Assembly (NCBI RefSeq): GCF_006345805.1
Contig: NC_043006.1
Span: 90,644,001-90,708,000, forward strand
Reading direction: 5' to 3'
DNA: 64,000 bases
Source of the DNA: Octopus sinensis
Taxonomy: Eukaryota
A program made the position numbers and the translations under genes. Under the pieces are notes generated by a model. That model searched no databases and had not been told where the DNA came from. It saw only the letters and a program-made list of their open reading frames with translations. Every line of letters begins with the position of its first letter. The first letter of the stretch is position 1. This document shows positions 52,291 to 64,000 of the stretch, piece by piece.

Positions 52291-52759
52291 CCATGTTTTT
52301 TTTTTTTTTTGAGGTCAAATCTTCTTGTTTTATAATTTTACTTTACATAATTCCAAGTTGATAAAGTAAAACACTAGTCAAAATTTTTTTTCAGTTGTCT
52401 AAATGCATAGAGCAAAAACCAATTATAATAAAACTTCTGGTGCTATGAAAGCATGTTTTCTTGTAAATGAAAATAATTCCTTCTCCAAAGTTACTATGTT
52501 ATGAAGGCATTGCATTCATTCTGATTGTGCTGCTTTGATATAGAGAAAAGTAATTTGAATGAAATTATTTTAAATTGTTCTGATTAAGAGATAGTTTTTA
52601 CTTAAGAGTAGAGCTTTAATATGTAGCATATTGCTAACTATGAAAAACAATGAGAAGTAGGAACATATGATCATCCTAGTGCTTTACTTTTTCTATAATG
52701 ACAGTGAAAGCTGTGTTAAACATTTAAAAATATATATATTTATATATATATATTACTAA

Positions 52760-53160
52760 AGGAATTTGGAGGAAGGGACTGTACCCATGGCCTTCTAAAA
52801 GTGAGACTGATGTTATTAATGACTTAGATTTTTGTAAGTTAGCACCTGCAGAGAGGAGATTCCAGGAAGTTAATGTTCTGGAGAAGAAGGACTTGAAAGT
52901 ACTGGTTAGTGTCAGGCTTCTAAGATTGAGCACAACAAAGAAGAAGAGGAGAGATGAATGGGTTGAGAGTTCATAAAAGGAGGGAGCACAAAACCAGCAA
53001 ACACTAAGGGGCAGAGGCCATTATAGTTGCTGTAAAATAGATGGAGGAGAGAGAGCAAGCCCATGGGTAAGAGGCTGGAGGGTGTATATTAGTAGTTTTA
53101 TGCCACTCAGTTGAACGGGCTTTCTGTAGATGTTGTCTTGGATGTCTTTGTGTGTTCCAG
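52760..53160 (-). mobile_element. CR1/L2-like LINE 3' remnant
   Basis: FKSFFSRTLTSWNLL motif. Confidence 0.5.
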
Positions 53161-53744
53161 AAATAAAGTAAAAAAAAAAATCCATTATAGGCCTATTGCT
53201 ACCTCATATCTTTTTTTTTTTTTTTGATAACACTCATCTTTTACATTTTGTATTTATATCTTATTTTGACTTAGATTATATTATTGCTGATCTTAAACTA
53301 GAAATCCTCTTTAATATTTGTTATGTGCTAAATCATTTAGATTTTACACATCTCAGCCCCTCTAAATAGTCTATATTGAAACTGGATTGAAAAATAAAAT
53401 AGCTGAAAATGTAAAAATGTACTTCTTTAGTAGTAGCTATAATATCAGTTTTGAAATAATTTATTTCATCAGTGTGTTATCACTTGATTTTACTTGTTAA
53501 GAAAGGAAATATAATTAATCTAATTAGATAATAGTGGAGAGTAAAAATTTCAATCCAGCTTGAAAATTCCTTTTAAGTTTGTTATGGACACCAGCTGTTA
53601 CTTCAAGATGTTTTGTGAGAAATAAAATTAGCAACAGTTTATTTTTTAAAACTTATTATTGGGAAACCTAGAAAAATAAATTCTTTTATTGCAATCAGTC
53701 AGTAAATTGTGGCCATGTCGGAGCACTGCCTTCATGAGCTGAAT

Positions 53745-54850
53745 CAAGCATATCATCATCATCATTATTTAACATCCATTTTCCATACTGACATATTGAT
53801 AGGAGCTTACGAACTGGAGAGCTGTACCAGGCTCCAGTTATCTATTTTGGCATGGTTTCTGTGGCTCGATGCCCTTTCTGATGCTAACCACTTTACAGAG
53901 CATACTGGGTGCTTTTTATGTGGCACCAGTACAGGTGCTTTCTATGTGGTACTGGCACGGATGCTTGTTACATAGCACTGGTATAGCAGCCCTTTTTGTG
54001 ATACAGGTACAGTTGGTTTTTACATGACACTGTCACAAGTGCTTTTTACATGGTACCAGCACCCACAAGCTCACAAGACCTCTTGGTTGAGAGAAGTAAT
54101 GTGGGGCATGACCATTAAGGACATGCTTCTATGTATGGATGGACATGATTTTAGCTTGACATGTCTTCTCAGCAAATCGCAGAAGTCTTGGTTCCTTGTC
54201 ATTTTCTCAATGAGGTCCATCTTCTGAAGATCCTTTTCTTACCATTTTCCCCCCATGTCTTCCCGGGTCTGTCTCTTCTACAAGTTCCCTCCACAATTAG
54301 ATGTCATCACTTCTTCATGCTGCTGTCCTCACTCATATGCATCATATAACCATACAAGTGCAGTTTCTCTTTTGCACACTACAACTGATGCTTCTTATAC
54401 TCAATTTTTCTCTTAAATCATTTGCATTAAGTTGTACAGTGGAGTATGCTGGCTTCATTTCTTTCAAGCCTTCACATGTCCTCTGTAGTCATGGCTCATG
54501 TTTCACTGCCATGTTGCATGGCTGTTCACACACAGGCATCATACAATCTGCCTTTCACTCCAAACTTTGCCCAGCCCATTCTTATTCTAGCAACAATGCT
54601 TTCATAGCTTCCTCTTCCACTGCTAACTTGGTCACCTAAATAACTGAAACTATCTACTTCTTCTAAGTATCTACCCCACCTTACCCCTGGACGTTTGAGT
54701 GAGTCTATCTTCTGTACATTCCTTGCGTTTACTGTACCTGCATGTCTGCATCATACAAATACACCTTTCTCTCTTAACCTTCCTGTACAACTGTCACATC
54801 TTGTATCCATAGCTTGCATTGGGTACACCATTTGGGGTCAGAGATGCACC
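53745..54850 (-). mobile_element. RTE LINE 3' fragment
   Basis: NDLREKLSIRSI motif, family B 3' UTR and (GAT)n tail. Confidence 0.75.
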
Positions 54851-56204
54851 AGTCTAAAAATTGTTGGTTGCATAAATGTAAACACTTAAAGATATGCACA
54901 TATGTATATATTTTTGCATACACATGTATCTACATACATACGTATATATGTGTATGTACACACACACATGGGCATGTATATTTTTGCTCGGAAACAGGCA
55001 AGGATTGGCACCAGAAAGACCTGATGACTAAAAAAACTCTGCCTCAGTGCAAGTACATTTGTCTCAAGCAAGCATAGAAAAGTAGAGAAATGTATTATGA
55101 TGAAAGTGTTTATTATATAAGTACATATCTATATCTATCTATCCATCCATCCATCCATCTACCCACCCTCCTACCTACCGACCGACCATATACATGCATA
55201 CATATATATGTATGTATGATGAGAAGTTTCTGTTGCCTATATTTCATTTACAAAGTATTGGTCAACCCTGATGCTATAGAAATAGCATATTGTGTTGTAG
55301 AATTGAACTTGAAAGCATCTGGTTACAAAGCAAGCTCCTTAAGCATTTGGCATGTATTTACTTAGTATTTTATATTTATATATTTAAAATAATTATTTGC
55401 ACAACTATTTAAATAATTAACTTCAGTTCTTGAATTTATTACCATATTAATTAAAACATTGACAATGATTTAGTGTCAAAATAATATTAGCCTCGCCTTT
55501 GTACTGAAAAAAATTAATCTATGAAGTTTGCATGGAAAAATATGTTCAATTAAGATCATTGTGACTTTTGAATACCATAAATAATAGTGTGCATCAATGT
55601 CTTGTTTCTGAGATATTTCCATAGAATTATGTTTTTAGATAAAGAATGTTAAATTTAAACTACAACATGAATTTTCAATAAATTTAGATTTTCACCTCAT
55701 TTTCTTAATTCCATTTCCTGGAAAAGAAATTGTTTTATCTTTTATACTTCTGTTAATTATATAATTTATTATTACCTCTTTTCAAATAGGTTTGCTTACA
55801 TTATTGAAATACAAATGTCTCTTCATTTGCTGATAATGATACCTGATTAATTATTTCTTAAATGAACAAAATACTCACATTTTCTTAGCTAGTCAGCATC
55901 CATGTAAATTAATTTGCTTTCATGTTAAGTTACATATTTGAATTGCATTCATCTCTAAATCTTTCCAGGTTTGAAAAGGATGTTGATAAAATTTTATCTC
56001 TTTATTTTTAGGTAAGTAAGCTGATTCTCACAGAAGACCTTGGGTTTGTTATAACTCTCTTCTTTTTCCTTTCTTTCTCTTCTCTCCATCAGCTTTTTCT
56101 TTGTTAGTCTCACCTCTGGTTTCCTTTTCTCCCATTTCTCTTATTTCTCGGTCTTTAATCACAACTCAAGATTTACACAAGTATCATGGATAATGTTACA
56201 AGTT

Positions 56205-56470
56205 TTGCAAATGATGCTATTCAACCTTTCAGTGAAAATGACATTAAAATATTACACAGCAAACTGAATTATGCAGACTGGTTAAGTTCATGTAAAACAT
56301 ATTATTAACTCTAAAAGTCCACATTTGGCTTATTTGGCTTGAATATTTGATAAAATAGAAATACTATAAGGCAGAGATGAAGCCTCTTGAAATTTTCTGA
56401 GTACAGATTAAGAGAATTAAATGCAGTCAGCAATAAAACTGAAATATCATAAGCTGTCTTTGCAATGCAA
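56205..56470 (+). CDS. C-terminal domain exon (ADWLSSCKTYY*L*KSTFGLFGLN)
   Basis: Matches EVFGLHPN; GTAAGC donor. Confidence 0.55.
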
Positions 56471-57004
56471 GTAAGCACCTAATTGACTGTACTGAAAGTC
56501 TTAGAAATATTGTACAAGCTATGCTAAATTTCTGGTGAAAAATATTACTCAATCAAAATTATAGGTAATTTTTTTCCCACCTTACAAGTACTTATTTTAT
56601 TTGTATATAACCCTTCAGATTGCAATAATTAACCAAATCCTATCACTTAATGAAGTGTTTAAGGCTAGTCTTTTCCAGCTTTTCCAGCAAAGAAAGCCAC
56701 AACGTATCAACTATGGACTACTTAAATGACACGTAAACACTGCTAAAATATTATATTACTTGTGTTAGGTATCATAATAACAGATATAAAAATTATAAAA
56801 TTTAAAACCATACTATTCCTTGGAAATATATTTATGTCTTCATTGCTACAACTAGGTAGTATGTTGTAAAATTCTAGATAAGTAGATAAGATGGAATCAT
56901 CAGCTGATACAAGAGGATTATTGAAATCTCCCCTTTTTTTTTATTTGCTCTTTCTCATCAAATTCACCTTTCTATGCAGGATCAATATTTTGCTTCTTTT
57001 TGCA

Positions 57005-57356
57005 TACTCTTTACTCTTTACTCTTTTACTTGTTTCAGTCAGTTGACTGTGGCCATGCTGGAGCACCGCCTTTAGTCGAGCAACTCGACCCTGGGACTTA
57101 TTCTTTGTAAGCCCAGTACTTATTCTATCGGTCTCTTTTGCCGAACCGCTAAGTGACGGGGACATACATGCACACATATATATATATATGCATATATACG
57201 ACGGCCTTCTTTCAGTTTCCGTCTACCAAATCCACTCACAAGGCTTTGGTCGGCCCGAGGCTATAGTAGAAGACACTTGCCCAAGATGCCACGCAGTGGG
57301 ACTGAACCCGGAACCATGTGGTTGGTAAGCAAGCTACTTACCACACAGCCACTCCT
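57005..57356 (-). mobile_element. SINE family A
   Basis: Same family. Confidence 0.9.
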
Positions 57357-58573
57357 AACTTTTATTTTTTGTCTTTTTTTTATAGTGTTATAAAGACAGC
57401 TTATATTAAGAATATTACCCTTCAGATTTTAATTTTTTTTTTTTCTACAGTAAATATAAATAATTTATCTTAAGTTGCTGACCTTGTATTAATAGGTTTT
57501 TTTTTTTGTAAATCCAAGAGGTGACACAGTTCCATTCCCTTTTTCTCTTGCTTTGCACATTAGTTGATATATCTAAAATTGCTGTTACCTTCTGTGTTTT
57601 CAAATAGCAACAGGTACATTGTATCTTCTTAAACATATTTTATTAATTAAAGGATTGTATATTCTAGATGAAATTTTACACATAACTTACATACATACAG
57701 ATATATACAACATAGACAGTTATAGATACAGACATATAAAATAGACAATGTTTGTTTTTATTTAAAATCTTATCTGGACTTCAAAGAAGGACTCCTAATA
57801 AACTTTGTCGTGGATACTTATCAGTAACAAACTAGATATCAAAATATTATTTCTTGTGTTAACAAAATTATTAAAAAAGTAATTTTATTTGTAAACAGAA
57901 AATTGTTAAAAATTAGAAATAAAGCAATAAAGTTAGGCTGATGTGCCTCATAATACACTCAAATAAAAACTTAATTGAATTACGAAATTAAGTTTATAAT
58001 GATCATATAACATGCAGTGAACCAGAGACTTGAATGAATATGTTAAAATAATGATAAAGCTTTAATTCTCATCGTATTGGATATTACTTTCTGCAAATAT
58101 ATTTGAGCTAAGATTCGTACTATATTTGCATTACAGTGAGAAATGTCCATGAAAATATGATTTACTACTTTAGCTATAAAGGAAATGTTTTCAGTGTTGA
58201 GATCACAGAATTAATTATTACATATTTCTTGATAATATAATCTTATGCTCATTCATATGCAGTGGAGGCAATTTTATCTATACAATATATTTAGACTGGA
58301 TTATTTTGCAATCATTTAGATGTTTAAATAAAAATAACCTGCTTGAACAGTTTATGTACTATGGAAATATATATTTAATATTATTGTTAAAAAAAGCTGT
58401 TTTGCAACCAAGTTTTGACATTTTCCATATGATTTACTGATTGTTTAAAATTGCCTATTGATAGCTTTTTTTTTACTATTGAAATTTCAGATTTATTATC
58501 ATACTGTAAAATAAGTGAAAGAAATTGCAGCAAATAAATTTTAAGCGGGATAATAGGAGAAAGAAAAAGAAAA

Positions 58574-58685
58574 AATGAGGGTTTGAGTGTTTCCCATGTA
58601 ATAATCATGCTGGCAATTTGACATCTTTTTGTGTATTGTGAGCTCATAAGTGTTTAAGATAAGGGCAAAGTATTATTCAAATTAG
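58574..58685 (+). CDS. Dynein_C segment NEGLSVSHVIIMLAI*HLF
   Basis: Residue-by-residue match to EDGVYIHGLFLEGARWD; TGA at 58619 equals W. Confidence 0.65.
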
Positions 58686-60329
58686 GTGGAATGCAGGACC
58701 AAGGTTCTATAAAAATTATTTGTAGACCTACTTTCATTTTCAAATTCAGTCTGTACACAATATAGAAAAGTTATAGATTACTATTCTAATTTGTTGAAAT
58801 CTATGTTCAATTAAGGGAGTAATCTAATTAGGAATATGAGAAGGTAGTGATACCACAGTCTGGAGTTTCTGGAGTTCAAAGACTGTAAGAAGTTTAGCGG
58901 ATTCCTACTTATATATGATGTCAAACTTTTATCTTTTACTTATAGAGTAAATGTCCATATCAAAAGAATGATACTAGGTAAACATAGACTATAAAGGCAG
59001 ATTATTAGAGATAGAGTAAAATAAGATTGTCAGAAAAATGTGAGGTCAAAACTACCATGGCCAAGGTTTGTAGATCTGATCTTTGAAAGTTAAATCTCAG
59101 GGATTAACCGAAAGTAATTATACAACATAGATATGGCTGAACCAAATCATTCAGCATACTATTTAGATGATCACATGAGCTTTTAACTGCTGTTCCAAGT
59201 ATATTGCATCAGGAAAATGAGTGTTCAGTTCGTCAGAAGTGGTTGTTTGAGGTTTTTTGTTGACAGACTATATACTCAATCAAAAGCAGTGATGTAGTAA
59301 ACTACTTACCCACTTTCATTTCCTAGCAGAAACAAAAAGCTAGAAACTGTAAAATTCCTAAGGTCACATAAATTTGTAAATAGTTCTTGGAGCGTGGTGC
59401 AGCCTCCTGGCTTGCCAGTCCCCAGTCAAACTGTCCAACCCATGCCAGCATGGAATACGGATGTTAAACTATGGTGATGATGATGATGAAGATGCTGATG
59501 ATATATATATATCATAATCATCATCATCATCATCATCATCGTTTAATGTCCTCCTTCCATGCTGGCATGGATTGGATGGTTTTGACAGTCTGCACCATAC
59601 TTCGGTGTCTGTTTTGCATGGTTTTTACAGCTGAATGCCCTTCCTAATGCCAACCACCTTATGGTTTGGACTAGATGCTTTTTAATTGGCACCAGCACTG
59701 GCAAGGTCACCTGGTAACTTTGCAAGACAAGGAATCTTTGAGAGGGGAGGGGGATTTGAAGGAGGTGATCTTGTGTCAGATGATGAATGGTTAGAGTGTG
59801 GTTGTAAAACAGAAACAGGTGTCTAGCTGTAGAAGAGATACATGGTTACTCGGTCAGAGAGAGAGAGAGAGAGAGAGATAGCAAGAAAGAGGACAGGAAC
59901 AGGTGTACTGCTGTAAAGGAGATAGATGGTTACCTAGCTGGAAAGAAGAGCAAGAAGAGAGGGGAGAGAGAGAGAGAGCGTGTGTGTAAGATTGAGAATG
60001 AGGGCAGAAATAGATGTGCTGCTGAAGACAATAGATATCATCATCATCACAATTGTTTAATGTCTGCTTTCCATGCTGGCATATGTTGGAAGGTTTAACT
60101 GAGGACTGACAAGCCAATAGGCTGCACCAGGCTCCAATCTGATCTGGCAAGGTTTCTGCAGCTGGATGCCCTTCCTAATGCCAACCACCAGAGTGTAGTG
60201 GGTGTCTTTTTATGTGCCACTGGCACAGGAGCCATTCAGGTGGCACTGGCATCAATCACATTCGGATGGTGTTGTTTTTGATATATCTTCATCATCATCA
60301 TCCTTTTAATGTCCACTTACCCATGCTTG

Positions 60330-61620
60330 TACAGCTCTCACCAGCCACTCCTCTATCCCTGGTTTCTGCAATGACTACCAGATTAGGGAGTGGGGGACTC
60401 TGTCAAAGGCCATCACCATGTGAATAAAAGCTGAGCATAGAGGTTTATTTTTGGTTAGGTACTTCTGCAGCTGCCTTACCTGGAATATAGCATCATTGAT
60501 GCTTCTCCCTGGCACAAAACAAAATTGCATCTCATCTAGCCTAACTCTCTCCCTAATTAATTAGGCTACAATCTCTGTAACTTTCATCACCTGATCCAGC
60601 AACTTGATACCTCTGTAAGTATTTCTGTCTAAAGCATCACGTTTGCCTTTGTGGCAGTTGATTATGTTGCTGCTACACCAGTCATAGGGTATGACTCCCT
60701 TGTGTACAAACTGATTAACTATACAAGTGATGAGACCATAACCCACATCACCAGATATTTTAAGCATCTCAGCAGTGATTCCAGATGGGCCATGGACTTT
60801 TCTTGTCTTCATATCTTTCATGGCTTTATGTAGCAAGCTACTGTCTATTCACATAGCAGATCCCTGTGTTAGATTCACCTTAGACAGAATCTCCTTCTCT
60901 CAAGAGCCCTCTGCATTCAGCAGCCTTTCATAATGGACTTCCAAACCTCTTTCTTTATAGAGTCTTAACTGCAAGTGAACCATCATCCATGCGAAGAAGT
61001 GTATTCTCTCTAACAACATCACAGTTTTCCCTGGCGCACTGTCGTGCAAGCCTAAACATATCAAGCTGCTGGTTCTCATGCTGCAGACCATTGGCTAACT
61101 TCTTCCTCTCTGCTTCCCTCCTGGCTGAGTATACCTGCCTCCTAGCTTCCCTTCATGCTACCTGATACAGTTCATTGCTACTGCCACTCTTCCACTCCTG
61201 CTTCTTTGCTCTAATGGCCCTGTCAACTACTCTGTTCCACCACCATGTCACCCTAGGTCTAGTTGAGACTTTGCACCAGACACAAATTTTGTCTGTGGCT
61301 TTCAATAAGTTGTCTTGTTGGAACTTCCACTTATCCTCTGTGGTACATTTCTTTAATTCTTCCTCTTTTTCCTTAAATGCTTCAATTAGGGACGTCTCTA
61401 AATCTTTGACTATTCAGAGAATCCTTAAGCTTCTAGGTCCTTCTTTTCCAAACTGGCTTGGTTCATGGAATCCTTCTTGCCTGTAGTCTGAAATCACTAA
61501 TGTTTAATCTATGCTGAGGGGTACATGCTTCACCAGGGAAGGTCTTTGTCTTTATGAGCAACCATGAATCACACTTTCTGATGAGAATGTAGTCAATCTG
61601 GCTAACACACACACACACAC
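60330..61620 (-). mobile_element. Decayed RTE LINE, internal EN-RT region
   Basis: MKTRKVHGPSGITAEMLK..YRGIKLL motif. Confidence 0.8.
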
Positions 61621-61654
61621 ATCACTCTAGGCCTGTGTGAGTGTGTGTGTATTG

Positions 61655-61721
<67 letters not shown>

Positions 61722-63289
61722 TAGTCATTCATTTGTAAATGTATGTCATTATTCAGTTTTATTTCAAGATTTCTTGTTAATGTAGGAGCCGGTTTCTAAC
61801 CTTGATCCAAGGCTTCTTCATTGGAATTTCAACATCAACAACATGGTTTTTTCTATGTATGTATATGTGCAGTTTGTTTTGTTTGTGTGTGTGTGTAGTT
61901 GTATGAAATAAGGGAAATCTACCACATACAACTGATGCACTTCAATTTGTTTGAAAGTATGAGTATTTCCTGTTATTGTTTTCTTTCACAAATTGCTTGA
62001 TAATATGAGCTATAGTATGTCTGATTAGCAGCTAGATTCACACAAATCATAAAATTACTCAGAAGAAAATCAGTGGCTATATAACAAAGTAAACAAATAC
62101 ACACACACAAAAAAAAAATGAAAAATGCAGAAGGTATTGGGTGGGGAGAACTGTACTGAAAATAGGCAATTTTAAATCTTTATTCCAAATAAAATACAAA
62201 ATTGAAAAATATTGATGAAATTTGAAAATTATAAGCTAACATAGAATAGGATAAAAATGAATCTAGGAATTATTTTGTTGCACTAATGGAAGAAAATATT
62301 TTAGAAATGCGTTCATGATTGTTAAAACATATGAATATTTTTATTACATTTTTCTCCCTTGAATGAGTTTCCATTAAAAAATAAAATGAATTCTTGAAGA
62401 TATATTCTATCTTTGATTTATTTGGAAAGAAAATTGCATTTAAATCAATTTGAAACATTATTTATATGATATCCAAGGATACCTTTTGCTTCACTGAATT
62501 GAAAAAAGAAAATGGAAAAATATAAACAAAGAAGCATGTTATTTTAATTGAAAGGTTCACCAACTTTAATTAGATAAGGTTTAAATTTTTGTATATGTAG
62601 TTACATCACTCAAAATAGTTTTCTTTTGAATGAGTGCATAAATATAGTTCTTGAATTTGCAAGAGGTTTCTACTTTTTTCATATTCAGAGTGCAGAATAC
62701 ATGGAGCAGAAAAGCTAAAAATATGGATTTGAGCTCATTGAGCTGTGTAAATGAATATGCAACAATACTTCAGGATAAGACTGTCTTCAGTAAAAGCAGT
62801 CTATTAAGATATTCTAATTTTTGCATCAAGTGGGATTCTTTGCTGATTTATTACATGCAAAGTAATGATTTGTAGTTAATGTCGCGAGCTAAGAAATTTC
62901 CTTAATTCAAGTGTTATAGTTCAATACATCAACCTAATCCTTAGGAAAGTAACTAAGTAATAATGCGTTTAAATTTTGGCACAAGGCCAGCAAATTTGCA
63001 GGAGTTGGTAAGCTGATTACATTGACCCCAGTGCTCAACAGGTACTTATAGACCCAACCCTAACCCTATTAAGGCAGCGAGCTGGCAGAATTGTTAGTAT
63101 GCTGAATGAAATGCTTAGCAGTATTTCTCCCATTGCTATGTTTTGTGTTCAAATTCTGCCGAGGTCACTTTTGTCTTTCTTCCTTTAGGGTTCAATAAAT
63201 TAAGTAATATAATCGACTTGTCACTTCCCCACAAATTTGAGGCGTTGTGCCTCCAGTAGAAAGGATTATTATTTGAGGAAAACTCTCAG

Positions 63290-63900
63290 ATTATTTTGCT
63301 GGGTATGATGGAAAGTGTATGCTGTCCATAGCCAGCAGACTAAGGTGACACTTCTTTATTGGTCATGCTTCAAGAACTCTGCAAAGAATTCTTCCAGTTC
63401 CAAGCAATGCTGTTCTTTGTAGGTGTTCTTTCTTTATATTTGTACCAGTCTTTTTTTGAACCATGTTGGTAGTTGAGTGCTAATATTTCTGAGTGCCCCA
63501 GTTACTATTGGTATTATGTCTACTCTCCTCGTTGCAAGTGCTCCACCCTTATTGCAGCTGCTATTTGTTCCACATACTTCTCAAGATTTTTGCTCAGTTC
63601 CCAGGACTCTGACAATTATTGGTACTACTGCTACCGTTTTCATTGACCACAACTGTTTAACTTCTCAATTCAACCTGTCATATCTCTCAACTTTTTTTTC
63701 TTCCTTATCACATACCTTGTTGTCAGCTGGGCATGCTATATCTATGATCCAGCATAGTCTGTTTCCTTTCTCAATTAAGACTATGTCCAGCTTCCTATTC
63801 TCTATCTCATAGTCGCACTGAATCATAAAATCCCATAGGATCTTTGCATTTCCATTTTCGATGATGCACATGCTGCAGATAATTTGTTGTAAGTTAATCG
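63290..63900 (-). mobile_element. R4/Dong-like non-LTR element, RLE domain remnant
   Basis: KILWDFMIQCD..DIVLIEK..IIDIACPAD..KEEKK..Y and VVPII / IIPIVTGAL motifs. Confidence 0.75.
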
Positions 63901-64000
63901 GGGAAAGGAAAGACAGTGCTCTTAATCTTTTCAGGCCCTTCCTTATTGGTCTGGTTGATGCATTCAGTACAGAAAAAAAATGGTTTGAGGAGGGCTAAGC

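Larger units (their letters stand above)
5920..59030 (+). pseudogene. DNHD1: DNHD1-like axonemal dynein heavy chain gene, multi-exon, with many in-frame stop codons but conserved frame and splice sites (pseudogene by standard rules; possibly recoded)
   Basis: Collinear dynein motifs: INSISDLVAKINLFVQ*LDH (linker), FDWCLF* (AAA1 GAW), HLLCNYFSLILPDL (DNHD1 HLLLRPVALALPDL), ELVHLHP (DNHD1 EITHLYP), QKWL/FDR (KWIVFDG), TLI*VIAHF (ALIWGFGAH), NSLNHRLL, LVIL**EELV*CY (LWxHExxRVF), NRLTEWP..KKWLIKTVLSL, FGLFGLN, EGLSVSHVIIMLAI* (DGVYIHGLFLEGARW). The 5' and 3' limits are approximate, and more upstream exons may exist. Confidence 0.85.

Noticed and set aside
5920-59030. Stops as sequencing or assembly errors
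   Set aside because: Such errors are typically indel-rich, and the Tc1 ORF and SINE copies in the same window are clean.

Overview
AT-rich, microsatellite- and retroposon-dense animal DNA; the SINE and RTE families look octopod-like (inference, no search run). The supplied ORF track misses the main feature: a multi-exon DNHD1-like axonemal dynein heavy chain gene on the + strand spanning about 5.9-59 kb. Hand translation recovers, in the correct order, the linker (DHC_N2), AAA1-AAA4, stalk, AAA5, AAA6 and C-terminal motifs. Its exons have canonical GT-AG ends, most mapped junctions are phase-compatible, and the frame stays unbroken for hundreds of nt. Yet about 6% of codons (roughly 75-80 in about 1,300 hand-translated codons) are TAA/TAG/TGA, many at conserved Trp positions. 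This is either an unusually indel-free pseudogene or a gene expressed through large-scale stop recoding (RNA editing or readthrough), and it is the top finding. The introns hold an intact Tc1 transposase, two mariners, a Helitron, RTE/CR1 fragments, many SINEs, an RTE-3'UTR-derived tandem array and a U6-5S-SINE head-to-tail chimera; an R4-like fragment lies past the gene end. Protein alignments are to dynein/DNHD1 motifs recalled from memory and need HMM/BLAST confirmation.
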